Shown here one piece after another: positions 19,168 to 28,784 of a stretch of 64,000 nt of DNA. The stretch is taken from the NCBI GenBank assembly GCA_964427715.1, contig CAYRUV010000001.1, positions 124,125 through 188,124 of the forward strand, in the 5' to 3' direction. Position numbers and translations under genes: made by a program. Position 1 is the first letter of the stretch, and the number at the start of each line of letters is the position of its first letter. The notes beneath the pieces were generated by a model that worked only from the letters and a program-made list of their open reading frames with translations, was not told where the DNA came from and did not search any database. Source of the stretch: an uncultured archaeon (GTDB lineage: Archaea > Iainarchaeota > Iainarchaeia > Iainarchaeales > VGJJ01).

Positions 19168-20090
19168 GCGAATCCCCCCCACACGAATGCGGATTTAGGT
19201 CCCCACACGATGAGGGTGAGAATGAGGAGCATTGCCACGAGACAAAATCCCACGAAGGGGATGAATCGGATTGTTTTTTTCTCGGATTGAATGGGCCCCA
19301 CTTCCTGGAGCATGAAATAACTCATTCCCCCCAGGATGAGGAAGGAAACCCCAAACAGAATGTAGAGGAATTCGAGGAGGTGATCGGTAATCATCATCAC
19401 ACTCAACATGGCCCCCATGGTCCCCGACATGAGTCCGGCCATGAGTCCTTCGAGGATGCTCATGATTCCATTCTTGCGCATCGCATAGGCACTAATTCCC
19501 ATCCCAATGATCATTCCTCCCACGCTTCCAATGAACATTCCATTCGTGGCTCCCATGAGAGCGCCGCTCATGAATCCGGACATCATTCCGATGCCCATTC
19601 CAGCCATCATCCCGTGGGTGCAGTTGAAGTGCTCCCGTAAGGGGTGGATGTGCAGCAAGGATCCCCCCACGAGGGCGGTTCCAATTGGAAGGAGTGCGAG
19701 AATGGGCCATTGTCGCGCCACACTATCATTTCCTGCGGCCAGAAACTGAAAGGCACCATACATCGCCAGAGAGGCCAAAACGAGACACCCAATCGTGTAT
19801 TGGACGAGTTGATGCTCGGCCTCAAACCCTTTGGCATTCGAGAGAATGCGTGTGAGGGTGTGGGTGAGGTGGCTGCCTGTACTGTTTCCTTCATCCAGGT
19901 AATCGTATTCGCGAAGTCGATTCTTGATTAAGTGCACGTCCTCCTCTCGGCACGTGAGGGTGAGGGTCTTTCCATCCTGAGAGAGAGATTCGATTCGTGC
20001 CTGAGGAATTTTTTGCAGAATTCGTCCGATGACTTTTTCGCAGGCCTCGCAGGAGACATTTTGAATAGGAAGTGTGAGCGTGTGAGTCAT
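19164..20090 (-). CDS. HMA-domain plus Met-rich multi-pass membrane protein
   Basis: N-terminal NVSCEAC; [16 protein letters not shown] and [14 protein letters not shown] in TM segments; ATGA overlap with copA. Confidence 0.75.
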   Translation of the reverse strand: MTHTLTLPIQNVSCEACEKVIGRILQKIPQARIESLSQDGKTLTLTCREEDVHLIKNRLREYDYLDEGNSTGSHLTHTLTRILSNAKGFEAEHQLVQYTIGCLVLASLAMYGAFQFLAAGNDSVARQWPILALLPIGTALVGGSLLHIHPLREHFNCTHGMMAGMGIGMMSGFMSGALMGATNGMFIGSVGGMIIGMGISAYAMRKNGIMSILEGLMAGLMSGTMGAMLSVMMITDHLLEFLYILFGVSFLILGGMSYFMLQEVGPIQSEKKTIRFIPFVGFCLVAMLLILTLIVWGPKSAFVWGGFA

Positions 20091-20100
20091 TTTTTTCTCC

Positions 20101-20301
20101 TCAGGCGACCTGGTATCCTTCCTTCTCAATGGCTTTCTTCACGTTTCCCATTTCTTTTTTTTCATCCTTGACGTCCACGACGATTTCTCCTTTTGCATGG
20201 TTAGCCGACACGACTTTAGTGCCGGTTTCCTCAATGGATTCCGTGAGCATGATTTCGCAGCTCCGGCAGTGCATTCCCTTGACTTGTATGGTTTTCTTCA
20301 T
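20101..20301 (-). CDS. copZ: CopZ-like heavy-metal chaperone
   Basis: 66 aa, VKGMHCRSC, ends AIEKEGYQVA. Confidence 0.8.
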   Translation of the reverse strand: MKKTIQVKGMHCRSCEIMLTESIEETGTKVVSANHAKGEIVVDVKDEKKEMGNVKKAIEKEGYQVA

Positions 20302-20714
20302 CCCATCACCTCGATAGTCCCGTTGAACATTTTCATGGAACAATGGAAAGGAAACGTTCCCTCCTTGGAGGGAGTGAATTCAATCGATGTTTCTCCTTGC
20401 GAGGGGGCAAGCTTTCGTATCTTGTATTCGGGAAAAATGACCTCTCGTCCGCACCCGGCGTATTCATCGGCGGAATAGTGGATTCTCACTGGGATTCCTT
20501 TCTTCACGTATAGGATGGAGGGTTCATAGGTCCCGTACTTAGTGGCCTTGAGAAACACCTCTTGTTTCCCATCTATAATTGGGGGAAACGTAATCGATCC
20601 TGGGTCGACAATTTCCTTGTCAATCTGGGTGGACGCGGCCCCGGCTGAAAAAAGGAGAAACACTCCTCCCAAGACTAGTGCGGCCATGATTCCAACAATA
20701 ATCGCGTGGTTCAT
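20298..20714 (-). CDS. membrane-anchored cupredoxin-domain protein (CupA-like)
   Basis: One N-terminal TM; YEPSILYVKKGIPV, GC, EFTPSKEGTFPFHCSMKMFNG. Confidence 0.8.
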   Translation of the reverse strand: MNHAIIVGIMAALVLGGVFLLFSAGAASTQIDKEIVDPGSITFPPIIDGKQEVFLKATKYGTYEPSILYVKKGIPVRIHYSADEYAGCGREVIFPEYKIRKLAPSQGETSIEFTPSKEGTFPFHCSMKMFNGTIEVMG

Positions 20715-20718
20715 GGAA

Positions 20719-20777
20719 GTTTCAGGTCGTGAAACGATATATAAGGACTGGTGAAACAATGTTTCATATCATGAAAC
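20719..20777. promoter_or_regulatory. divergent promoter with two GTTTCA-N5-TGAAAC palindromic operators flanking a shared TATA box
   Basis: 20719-20735 GTTTCAggtcgTGAAAC and 20761-20777 GTTTCAtatcaTGAAAC; ATATATAA at 20737-20744; extra half-site TGAAAC at 20752. Confidence 0.65.
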
Positions 20778-21280
20778 AATTGCACTTCTCCGGACTCTCC
20801 TTCCGTGCCAAGACGGGAATATGGATTGCCCTCGTATTAGTGTTTGTTTCGATTCTCACTCTCACCACGCTCTCCTACCTCTCGCCCACCTATGAAGGGG
20901 TAATCGGTTTCTTTGTTCATTTTCATTTTGAGGCCATGGTGCTGATCGGCTTGTTGGGGGTAGGAATTGGCGGAGTTAGCTTCTATTTGTTGGAGCGGGA
21001 GATTCAGGGGAAGGAAGGTACGATTCAAAATCAATCCCAATTGTTGTTGTCTTTCTTGACTCCCTTAGAAAAGGACTGCGTCTTATTTTTGGTCAAGAAT
21101 CACGGGGAATGTTTCCAGTCAGATCTCTCCCGTCTTCCGGGAATGACTCGCCTGAAGGCGCATCGGATGGTCCAACGACTGCATGAGCGAAAAATCATCC
21201 ACCCTTCCTCGTATGGGAAGGCGAACAAATTAGTGCTCGCCGATGAGTGGAAGACCGGCCTTTCTTCCCTGGAACACTAA
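20759..21280 (+). CDS. membrane-anchored (2 TM) winged-HTH protein
   Basis: Two hydrophobic helices, then FLTPLEKDCV...CFQSDLSRLPGMTRLKAHRMVQRLHERKII. Confidence 0.75.
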   Translation: MFHIMKQLHFSGLSFRAKTGIWIALVLVFVSILTLTTLSYLSPTYEGVIGFFVHFHFEAMVLIGLLGVGIGGVSFYLLEREIQGKEGTIQNQSQLLLSFLTPLEKDCVLFLVKNHGECFQSDLSRLPGMTRLKAHRMVQRLHERKIIHPSSYGKANKLVLADEWKTGLSSLEH

Positions 21281-21844
21281 TTACGCTTTTGCGTGCTTTT
21301 CCACGATGATATTCATTTCGGCCCTTTTGGCATCGCTGGGCTTCTCAATTTGCGTGTCCATTTTCCAATACTTGTTTTGGTGATACGCTAAGGGTTTTTC
21401 ACTCGTGGTGCGGGCATCCACCACGTCACCGATGAAGAGGGTGTGGCTTCCCTTCGGGATGATTTCAGTTACGTTCACTTCGGCCATGAGGGAGGATCCT
21501 TCCACTAATAGTTGGTCGAGCTTTTTTCCTTTTGTGAATTTAACACCCAATTCCTTGAGGGCGTCAATCTTGTTGATTTGGTGTCCGGAGCTTCCGCCGG
21601 CAATTGAAGAGACCCAGTTTTGTTTTTCAGAGGCGATGCTCACGCCGAACTTTTTGGTCGTGAGGATATTTTCTCCCGTGGCCTTGTGGGGTCCGATGGC
21701 AACCGCTATTCGAGCAGGCGTGTATGAAACTAGGTAGGTCCACTCCGCGGCCATGATGTTGGGTCCATTCGGCCCATCACTGGTGATTAATCCTACGTTC
21801 GTAATGAATTTTTGATGATAGTCGCTTCCCCAGGGGAAATCCAT
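21281..21844 (-). CDS. flavin reductase (DIM6/NTAB) family protein
   Basis: GPNIMAAEW, HTLFIGDVV. Confidence 0.85.
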   Translation of the reverse strand: MDFPWGSDYHQKFITNVGLITSDGPNGPNIMAAEWTYLVSYTPARIAVAIGPHKATGENILTTKKFGVSIASEKQNWVSSIAGGSSGHQINKIDALKELGVKFTKGKKLDQLLVEGSSLMAEVNVTEIIPKGSHTLFIGDVVDARTTSEKPLAYHQNKYWKMDTQIEKPSDAKRAEMNIIVEKHAKA

Positions 21845-21947
21845 GTTCTCAACTCCTAGAATTAGATGTTACAATAAATATATCGGACATACGATATTAA
21901 AAGTGGGTTGGAAAATCTCGAAAAATAACCCTAGAAAAATAGACGAG

Positions 21948-22021
21948 TGCACCGGAGAGGATTTGAACCTCTGACCTCCCGATTATCAGTCGGGTGCTCT
22001 ACCAGGCTAAGCTACCAGTGC
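21948..22021 (-). tRNA. tRNA-Ile(GAT)
   Basis: Cloverleaf GCACTGG/CCGGTGC-A, anticodon arm CCCGA-CT GAT AA-TCGGG, T loop TTCAAAT; no intron, no CCA. Confidence 0.95.
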
Positions 22022-22048
22022 AACCTTTTGCGAAAAGGTTGATCAAAA
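22021..22048. repeat. CTTTT-N3/4-AAAAG hairpin element, copy A (abuts the tRNA-Ile 5' end)
   Basis: CAACCTTTT-GCG-AAAAGGTTG perfect 9-bp stem followed by ATCAAAA. Confidence 0.65.
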
Positions 22049-22156
22049 GCGTTAGAATCCCCTACGGGAATTCAGACTCTCCTAATCCCTTTTTGCTTCC
22101 AAGAAAACGGCCTCCGAATCCTTTTAAAGGGCACCTTGCGGGGGCGGTCCTATAAT

Positions 22157-22173
22157 GGCTTTTGTCAAAAGGG
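22157..22173. repeat. hairpin element, copy B (between the TATA box and the dus start)
   Basis: CTTTTGTCAAAAG (22159-22171) is identical to 53429-53441. Confidence 0.55.
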
Positions 22174-22178
22174 ATGGT

Positions 22179-23120
22179 ATGAAGACCACTTACGCGGGAT
22201 TGAAACTCTCCTCCCCGGCCGTATTGGCCCCCATGTCAGGGGTTTCGACGCTCCCTTTTCGTCTCCTATGTAAAGAATTGGGGGCGGGGTTGACGTACAC
22301 GGAATTTGCCTCGGCAATTGCCATCGCGAGAAACCTGGAAGGGAGAGCCTCCAACAACAAGGTATTCAATCGCATCGAAACGGTAAAAGAAGAACACCCG
22401 GTGGGTGTGCAACTGTTTGCCCCGCAGGAAAAGGATTTGATTACCGCAATTGAATTTGTGGAGAAAAACTTTGATTTGGTGGACATTAATTTCGGATGTC
22501 CCTCTCCCAAAATCACCGGCGGGGGATGCGGCGCCTATTTGTTGAAGAATCCGGAGAAGATGATTTCATTAATTGAAGCCGCCGTGTCGGTGTCGAAGAA
22601 ACCAGTTACGTGTAAAGTGAGAATGGGGTGGGACAAGCCCGTATTGCATGAGTTTGTAAGGAAAATTGAGAATGCGGGAGTGAAGGGAATTGCCTTGCAT
22701 GCGCGCACCGCCCAACAAGGGTATTCGGGCAAAGCGGATTGGGAGTATATTCGTCAAATCAAGGAATTAATTTCCATTCCCCTGATTGGAAATGGGGACA
22801 TTGCCTCGGTGCAGGATGTGAAGGATAAGCTGGATCAAAAGTATTGTGATTTGGTCATGATTGGTCGTTCCGCGTGGAACAATCCTGGGATTTTCTCCGA
22901 GATTGCCGGGAAGGACGTTCCAACTAAGGTGGAGATTGTGGAGCGCTACTTCAAACTCTGCGCCAAGTACCCCATTACGGAGTTATTGGACGTAAAGGCC
23001 CAGATTTCGGGTATCTTCTCGGGTTTACCCAACGTGAAGAAGCTGAGAGTGGCCTTAAATCAGGCCAAAGATTTAAGTCAGGTGGAAGCGGTAGTGGTAG
23101 CAGGGTTGTCGGACCAATAA
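22179..23120 (+). CDS. dus: tRNA-dihydrouridine synthase
   Basis: LAPMSG, YTEF, VQLF, DINFGCP, CGAYLL, KVRMG, LHART, GNGDI, MIGR. Confidence 0.9.
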   Translation: MKTTYAGLKLSSPAVLAPMSGVSTLPFRLLCKELGAGLTYTEFASAIAIARNLEGRASNNKVFNRIETVKEEHPVGVQLFAPQEKDLITAIEFVEKNFDLVDINFGCPSPKITGGGCGAYLLKNPEKMISLIEAAVSVSKKPVTCKVRMGWDKPVLHEFVRKIENAGVKGIALHARTAQQGYSGKADWEYIRQIKELISIPLIGNGDIASVQDVKDKLDQKYCDLVMIGRSAWNNPGIFSEIAGKDVPTKVEIVERYFKLCAKYPITELLDVKAQISGIFSGLPNVKKLRVALNQAKDLSQVEAVVVAGLSDQ

Positions 23121-23135
23121 AAGGGGGAATTACCA

Positions 23136-23771
23136 GTGGAAGCCTACAAGAAGGAGACCATTTTCACGTACGACTCGAACGTCGCCGGGTTTGAAAAAAA
23201 GTTTCAAGATAATTTTGAGAAGTATGGTCGCGAGGACCTTGAACGGTTTATTTCCAATCTAAAGGGGGGAAAGGTCGTGGATATCGGATGCGGCCCGGGC
23301 GTGTATTTAGAAGCCATGCGCGAAGCGGGGCTGGATGCCATGGGCATCGATTTGTCCGAGTCTTTCATTGAGCGTTGCCACGAGAAAGGATTGAATGTTC
23401 GGAAGATGGATATGGAGAATCCCCTGTTGTATCCTCATTCGTTTGACGGGTTGTGGGCTCATGCCGTGTTGCCACATGTTCCACGTGAACGCGTTGCGGC
23501 TCTTCTTCAAACGTGGACGCGTCTCCTCAAGCGAGACGGATTGCTCTGGCTTTCTCTTCGCGAGGGAGAAGGGGAAGGATTTGACGCGGATGCGTCCAAC
23601 ACCGACCGCAAGCGCTGGTTGACTTTCTACACGGATGAGGAAGTGCGAAAATTAGTGGGAAAACGATTCGAAGTAATTCATTTTGAACAGACGGATCGAA
23701 GCGGGAAAAAATACTTGAAGTATTTGCTCCGTCTCAAGCCCGAAGCCCCTAAGGCGTTTCGTAATTTTTGA
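23136..23771 (+). CDS. class I SAM-dependent methyltransferase (paralog 1)
   Basis: VVDIGCGPG, GIDLS, FDGLWAHAVLPH. Confidence 0.85.
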   Translation: MEAYKKETIFTYDSNVAGFEKKFQDNFEKYGREDLERFISNLKGGKVVDIGCGPGVYLEAMREAGLDAMGIDLSESFIERCHEKGLNVRKMDMENPLLYPHSFDGLWAHAVLPHVPRERVAALLQTWTRLLKRDGLLWLSLREGEGEGFDADASNTDRKRWLTFYTDEEVRKLVGKRFEVIHFEQTDRSGKKYLKYLLRLKPEAPKAFRNF

Positions 23772-23781
23772 AGAGGGGGAA

Positions 23782-23979
23782 TTATTTCCCTCCTTCCTCT
23801 TTCTTGGCCGGAACCTCTCGAATAATCTCGCGAATAATTTCTCTCGGACGAGGGGCCGGACTATCTTCGGGCCAGGCCGATTCCAGAACAACGACGGAAA
23901 CCATGGGTACGTTACAGTGGGCTCCCGGAAACTTGGACAGGAATCCGCAGGCGTGGCACATGAACGCGTCTTTGTACAT
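23782..23979 (-). CDS. small protein with a putative Zn-binding motif
   Basis: CHAC...HCNVPM and a REII-REII-RE repeat. Confidence 0.5.
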   Translation of the reverse strand: MYKDAFMCHACGFLSKFPGAHCNVPMVSVVVLESAWPEDSPAPRPREIIREIIREVPAKKEEGGK

Positions 23980-24088
23980 GCGACTCTCCTGCTAGGATAG
24001 ATAGGTATGCGTCCTACCTTCCGTATAAGGATTCCCTCTGGTAACGAGTAAATGGAAGGGAACCGCCGAATAATGGTTCGTTTTTCTC

Positions 24089-24466
24089 TTAGAGGTCAAA
24101 TCCAATCAAGAGGGTGGCTTCGTCTCCCTCGACGCGTACTTTTTTGGCCAAATACGTGTGCACGGCCAATCCAGGAGAGGAGGACACCACATTCTTGGCC
24201 GGCACTTCGGGGAAAACCACTGGAGGAAAAACTATTTCCCCGTTTTCTTTTTTCACAATCGTTTGCGTGGGCTCTCTCCACGAGGAATCGTGGACTAAAC
24301 ACACGCAGTATTTTCGCTTCACCGCTTCGTGCACACCCAAGTTATTTTCGTCTTCTTCCCTTTTGACGAAGGAATGATCGTCGGGCGTGAGGACGTAGAG
24401 GCGGGTAATCCCCTGAAGCTTTCCCAGCTGGTGGAGGATGTGCTTGATGGGTTTCTCGTCCGACAT
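24089..24466 (-). CDS. hypothetical protein
   Basis: 125-aa ORF with protein-like composition filling the gap between the MTase paralogs. Confidence 0.65.
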   Translation of the reverse strand: MSDEKPIKHILHQLGKLQGITRLYVLTPDDHSFVKREEDENNLGVHEAVKRKYCVCLVHDSSWREPTQTIVKKENGEIVFPPVVFPEVPAKNVVSSSPGLAVHTYLAKKVRVEGDEATLLIGFDL

Positions 24467-24501
24467 ACGGGTATTTACGCTCCAGAATCCTAATATAGGG
24501 T

Positions 24502-25125
24502 ATGCCCCCCACCGGGAAAAAGAAGGGATACAAGGACACGAACAAGAAAGCGTATGATTCGAAGGCCGATGCGATTGAGCGATTGTATCAGAAGCACTTC
24601 TCGCACGTGAAGCCGTTCGCCCAGGATTTTCTTAGGCATCTTCCGGGGAAAACCGTGATTGATTTGGGAGCGGGTCCCGGGACGCATGCACACTATTTCT
24701 ATGAGCGGGGATTAGACGTCATGTGCGTGGATTATTCCAAGGAAATGCTCCGCCGCTGCGCCAACAAGGGAGTGAAAGCGCTGTTGATGGACATTGAGGA
24801 CTTTTGGATGCCCGATAAGACCGTGGATGGAATTTGGATGTATTCCTCGCTTTTACACATCAAGGATGAGAACATTCCGGCGGTGGTGCGCAACTTGGCC
24901 CGGATGCTCAAGCCGAATGGGGTGTTGGGATTAGCCGTGAGAGAGGGAGAGAAAGATGGATTTGATACTGACCCGCTCGGCGTGAAACGCTGGTTTAATT
25001 TTTTCACCGATGAGGAGATCCGCGGGCACTTTTCTCCCTATTTTGATGTGGTGGACTACACGCGCAGCGAATATGGAAAAGGGGATGTTTTCCTGAATTA
25101 TTTATTTCGCCGGAAATACCATTAG
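24502..25125 (+). CDS. class I SAM-dependent methyltransferase (paralog 2)
   Basis: VIDLGAGPG, CVDYS, VDGIWMYSSLLH; colinear with 23136..23771. Confidence 0.85.
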   Translation: MPPTGKKKGYKDTNKKAYDSKADAIERLYQKHFSHVKPFAQDFLRHLPGKTVIDLGAGPGTHAHYFYERGLDVMCVDYSKEMLRRCANKGVKALLMDIEDFWMPDKTVDGIWMYSSLLHIKDENIPAVVRNLARMLKPNGVLGLAVREGEKDGFDTDPLGVKRWFNFFTDEEIRGHFSPYFDVVDYTRSEYGKGDVFLNYLFRRKYH

Positions 25126-26876
25126 AGGGATTTTAGTTCCTTGAGCTGGTGCTCCAATAGTTTGAATCCGCTTTCCCAGCTTTTTTTCTTCGTGGGATCG
25201 AATCCCATTTCGTTGAGCATTTTTTCAGGATTCTTGCTCCCGCCGTATGCGAGGAATTTTTCATAGTCCTTCACGAAGTCCTTTCCCTCTTTCTGGTAGC
25301 GCGCGTAGAAATTCAACACGAGCAAATGACCAAATGCGTAGGCGTATGTGTAGAAGGGTGCTTGAAAAAAGTGAGAAATACCCAACCATTCGTATTGGAA
25401 TTCTTCTGGGATGTGCATCTTTTTTCCAAACTGTACGCGGAGGTTTTGCTGGTAGGCCTGGTTGATTTCAGGGATGGTTTTTCCTTCCTTGACCATTTCA
25501 AACGCTTCTTTTTCAAAGAGGGTGAAAAAGGATTGTCGCTGGATGCTGGCGAATGCCTCATCCATCTGCTTGGCGAGCATATGTTTTCGGAACGTGGGGG
25601 AGGAATCGTTTTCCAAGAGGTGCGCATCTAATAGTATCTCCCCAAACGTAGATGCGGTCTCGGCGAGAGGCAGCCCAGCATGTTGGGTGAAGATGGAGTG
25701 AGAGGATGAATAATGATTATGAATCGCGTGTCCTAATTCGTGGGCGATCGTAGAGACGCTCTTTAGGTCCCCGGTCCAGTTCAACAATACGTAGCTGGTA
25801 TCTTTGGGAGTCGTGATGGTGCAAAAAGCACCTCCTCGTTTTCCTTTTCGTAAGCGTGCGTCCATTCGTTTATCTTTCAAAACGCGATGAGCTTCCTCTT
25901 TCATGCGGGGGGAGAATGATTCATAGGCGTTCATCACATGCGCATACCCTTCCTTGAATTCCCATTTTTTCTTGGGCGGGTGGAGGGGGGCATAGATGTG
26001 ATAGCGTGAGTTAGGATTTCCCAACTCCTTGGCCTTCCACTCGAAGTAGGATTGAAATACGTTCGTGTTTTGCTCGCACACGCGCAGGAAAGTATCAACT
26101 GTCTCATCGGAAAGATCATTGGCAAGGTTTCGAATAGATAGAGGAGAATCGTATTTTCTCAAGTAAATGTCTTCGTTCCACCAGTCTTGGGCGATGTTTT
26201 TGTAGATTTCTCCCAATGCCCCTGAATCTTTTCCAAATCGCTCCCATAAGAGTGAATAGGCTTGTTTTCGCTCCTCCGGATGGGGACTTTGTACCTTGGC
26301 TCGGAGTTCTTCCTCGTTGAGCGTGCGGGTGGTCTTTCCTGCTTTCCATTCGAATGTGTAGTCGCCCGTGAGAATATCATAGAGTTTTGTGAGGGCCGAG
26401 TTTCCCGTGGAGGATTTGAGGTTGGAGAGTTGTTCTTCTTTCTCCGAGAGCATGTGCTTGGAATACTTTCTCGATTCCATTAACGCGTACGCGTGATCCT
26501 TGTTCCTGGGTAATAGTTTTCGGGCGGTCTTTTCATCGAGTCCCTTCCACCATAATCCGAAAAAGAGTCGCTGATTCCCTTCGCGTGTGAGGATATTCTC
26601 AAGGCGCGACTCTAATGCTTTGGCTTTTTCATCCTGCGTGTTTTGGGCGAACGCGAGCATGGCATAGGTTGAGAGGGTGTGTGTTTTCTCGGCGAACCAT
26701 TCATTTTCGCGCAGGATTTCCTCCACTAACTCTCGTGTAGGGTGTTCGAGTTTTTTTCGGTAGGAGAGATACTTCTTCGTTTGAGCCTGAATAGCATTTA
26801 CGTCCCTCTGGATGTCCTTCTCGGTGGAATAGATGGGTCTCAAATCCCACTCGGGGAGGTTTTGGGAGGTACTCAT
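25122..26876 (-). CDS. pepF: oligoendopeptidase F (M3B)
   Basis: WDLRPIY, GKRGGAFC, HELGH, LAETASTFGE, FYTYAYAFG. Confidence 0.9.
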   Translation of the reverse strand: MSTSQNLPEWDLRPIYSTEKDIQRDVNAIQAQTKKYLSYRKKLEHPTRELVEEILRENEWFAEKTHTLSTYAMLAFAQNTQDEKAKALESRLENILTREGNQRLFFGLWWKGLDEKTARKLLPRNKDHAYALMESRKYSKHMLSEKEEQLSNLKSSTGNSALTKLYDILTGDYTFEWKAGKTTRTLNEEELRAKVQSPHPEERKQAYSLLWERFGKDSGALGEIYKNIAQDWWNEDIYLRKYDSPLSIRNLANDLSDETVDTFLRVCEQNTNVFQSYFEWKAKELGNPNSRYHIYAPLHPPKKKWEFKEGYAHVMNAYESFSPRMKEEAHRVLKDKRMDARLRKGKRGGAFCTITTPKDTSYVLLNWTGDLKSVSTIAHELGHAIHNHYSSSHSIFTQHAGLPLAETASTFGEILLDAHLLENDSSPTFRKHMLAKQMDEAFASIQRQSFFTLFEKEAFEMVKEGKTIPEINQAYQQNLRVQFGKKMHIPEEFQYEWLGISHFFQAPFYTYAYAFGHLLVLNFYARYQKEGKDFVKDYEKFLAYGGSKNPEKMLNEMGFDPTKKKSWESGFKLLEHQLKELKSL

Positions 26877-26918
26877 ACGCTGGAGAGAATGAAAAACGGG
26901 TTATATAGGTGTGGGTGG

Positions 26919-28676
26919 CTAGTTGGGCGTCCCGTTGCCCTGCTGTTCTCTCCAGAAGGCATAATACAATCCTTTCTTCCGCACGAGTTGAGCGTGGGAT
27001 CCTTCCTCTACAATATGTCCCTTTTCCAGCACGTAGATGGTGTCCGCATGCGTTAAGGTGGAGAGGCGGTGGGCGATCAATACAAAGATGACCTCGGGTC
27101 GGCTCTTTTTCAATTCTTGAATGGTTTCTGTAATTGATTTTTCCGTTAAGGAATCTAACGCACTCGTGGCCTCATCGAAGATCAAAATATCCGGATTGCG
27201 TAAGAGCGCGCGGGCAATCGCTAAGCGTTGCTTTTCTCCCCCGGAGAGTTTGATTCCGCCTTCTCCAATCTTGTTGTCCAATCCTTTCTCTCCTCTCGTG
27301 ATGAGGTGGTCCGCTCGTGCGTGTTGCAAGGCTTCCTTCATCTCTTTCTCGGTGGCGCGGGGATTTACGAATAATAGGTTTTCACGAATGGTGCCTGCGA
27401 ACAATTGCGTCTCTTGGGCGACAATTCCAATGCGCTTACGCAGGGCTTCCGCGTCCACCTTTTTCACATCAATTCCATTCACTAAAATCTTTCCATTCGT
27501 GGGTTGATAGAGTCCCGTGAGGAGCTTGATGAGGGTGGACTTTCCGCTTCCGCTCGCACCCGCAAATGCCACGGTTTCCCCGGCCCCAATCTCAAGAGAT
27601 ATCTCTTTCACGGAGGGGATTTGGTTGGATGAATAATGGAATGACACGTTTTCGTATTGGATCGTCTTAATCTTCGACAAGGGAGTGGGGTTTTTTGGTT
27701 TTGTTTGAGGAGGGAGTGTGAGAATCTCATCTAAGGATTCCAATGAGGCCTTGGCTTCCTGGTAGCGCTGGGCCACCGTTCCCAATTCCGCGAGAGGTCC
27801 AAATATGAAGAAGGAGTAGAATAGCAGGGAGAATAGTGATCCTAAGGTCATCTCGGAGTTGAAAACTAACCAGAGCATCAATCCCAACAATCCGGTGCGG
27901 AGGGCATTGATTAATGTGCCCTGCACGAAAGCGAGTAATCGCACTAAGCGGACTTTTCGCAGTTCAAGTCCCAGGATTTTTTCATTCACTTGGTTGAGTC
28001 GTCCTATTTCTTGGGATTCCAATCCCATGCTTTTTACCAATTCCACGTTTCGAATGGTTTCCGTGGTGCTTCCCGCGAGCTCGGCGGACTCTGATACAAT
28101 GGCCTTTTGGGCGGCTTTGATTCGGGAGCTTAGCACGTAGGTGATGATTCCAATCATGGGCATCATGAGCAAGTACGCCAGAGCAACGGCCCAGTGGACC
28201 GTAAACGCGTAAATCAAAACGAAGACAATTCCCACAAGGGAGAAGAACATCGTCCCAATCATGATCTCAATGAATCCCTGCATGTCCGTGCGGGCCTTCT
28301 GCAACTTTTGGAGGATTTCACCGGAACGTCGGTCCTCGAACACTTCGTAAGGAAGCGAGAATGTGTGCTCCACACTTCGAGAGTACATTTCCGTTCCCAC
28401 ACGCTGCGTAATCACATTCACGAAGTATTCTTGGAACGTCTTCGCGGTGCGGGAAACAAACGCCACGGCCATGCTTCCGATGAGTAAGAGGGTAACTCCC
28501 TGCAAGAATTGGTCGGTGGTCAACTGTCCCACTTTCGTGGCGTAATCGTCGATGATGAACCGAAAAATGAGGGGGTCCATCAGGGAGAATATTTGGTTGA
28601 TTCCTGCGAGAAAGAGCGCTAACGCAATGGTCTTCTTGTGGTTGCGGAGGAACTTCCATCCCGGGATCATGTTCAT
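26919..28676 (-). CDS. ABC exporter, fused TMD-NBD (MsbA-like)
   Basis: Six TM; GASGSGKST, LSGGEKQR, LIFDEATSALD, IAHRLST. Confidence 0.92.
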   Translation of the reverse strand: MNMIPGWKFLRNHKKTIALALFLAGINQIFSLMDPLIFRFIIDDYATKVGQLTTDQFLQGVTLLLIGSMAVAFVSRTAKTFQEYFVNVITQRVGTEMYSRSVEHTFSLPYEVFEDRRSGEILQKLQKARTDMQGFIEIMIGTMFFSLVGIVFVLIYAFTVHWAVALAYLLMMPMIGIITYVLSSRIKAAQKAIVSESAELAGSTTETIRNVELVKSMGLESQEIGRLNQVNEKILGLELRKVRLVRLLAFVQGTLINALRTGLLGLMLWLVFNSEMTLGSLFSLLFYSFFIFGPLAELGTVAQRYQEAKASLESLDEILTLPPQTKPKNPTPLSKIKTIQYENVSFHYSSNQIPSVKEISLEIGAGETVAFAGASGSGKSTLIKLLTGLYQPTNGKILVNGIDVKKVDAEALRKRIGIVAQETQLFAGTIRENLLFVNPRATEKEMKEALQHARADHLITRGEKGLDNKIGEGGIKLSGGEKQRLAIARALLRNPDILIFDEATSALDSLTEKSITETIQELKKSRPEVIFVLIAHRLSTLTHADTIYVLEKGHIVEEGSHAQLVRKKGLYYAFWREQQGNGTPN

Positions 28677-28784
28677 GTATCTATCGGGTGTCCGATGGGT
28701 TTTTATGGGATAATGGGGGTCCCGCGAACTACGCCCCGTATTAAGTCCAACGTCCCTAATGCGTGCGTACGGGAGGAATGAAAT

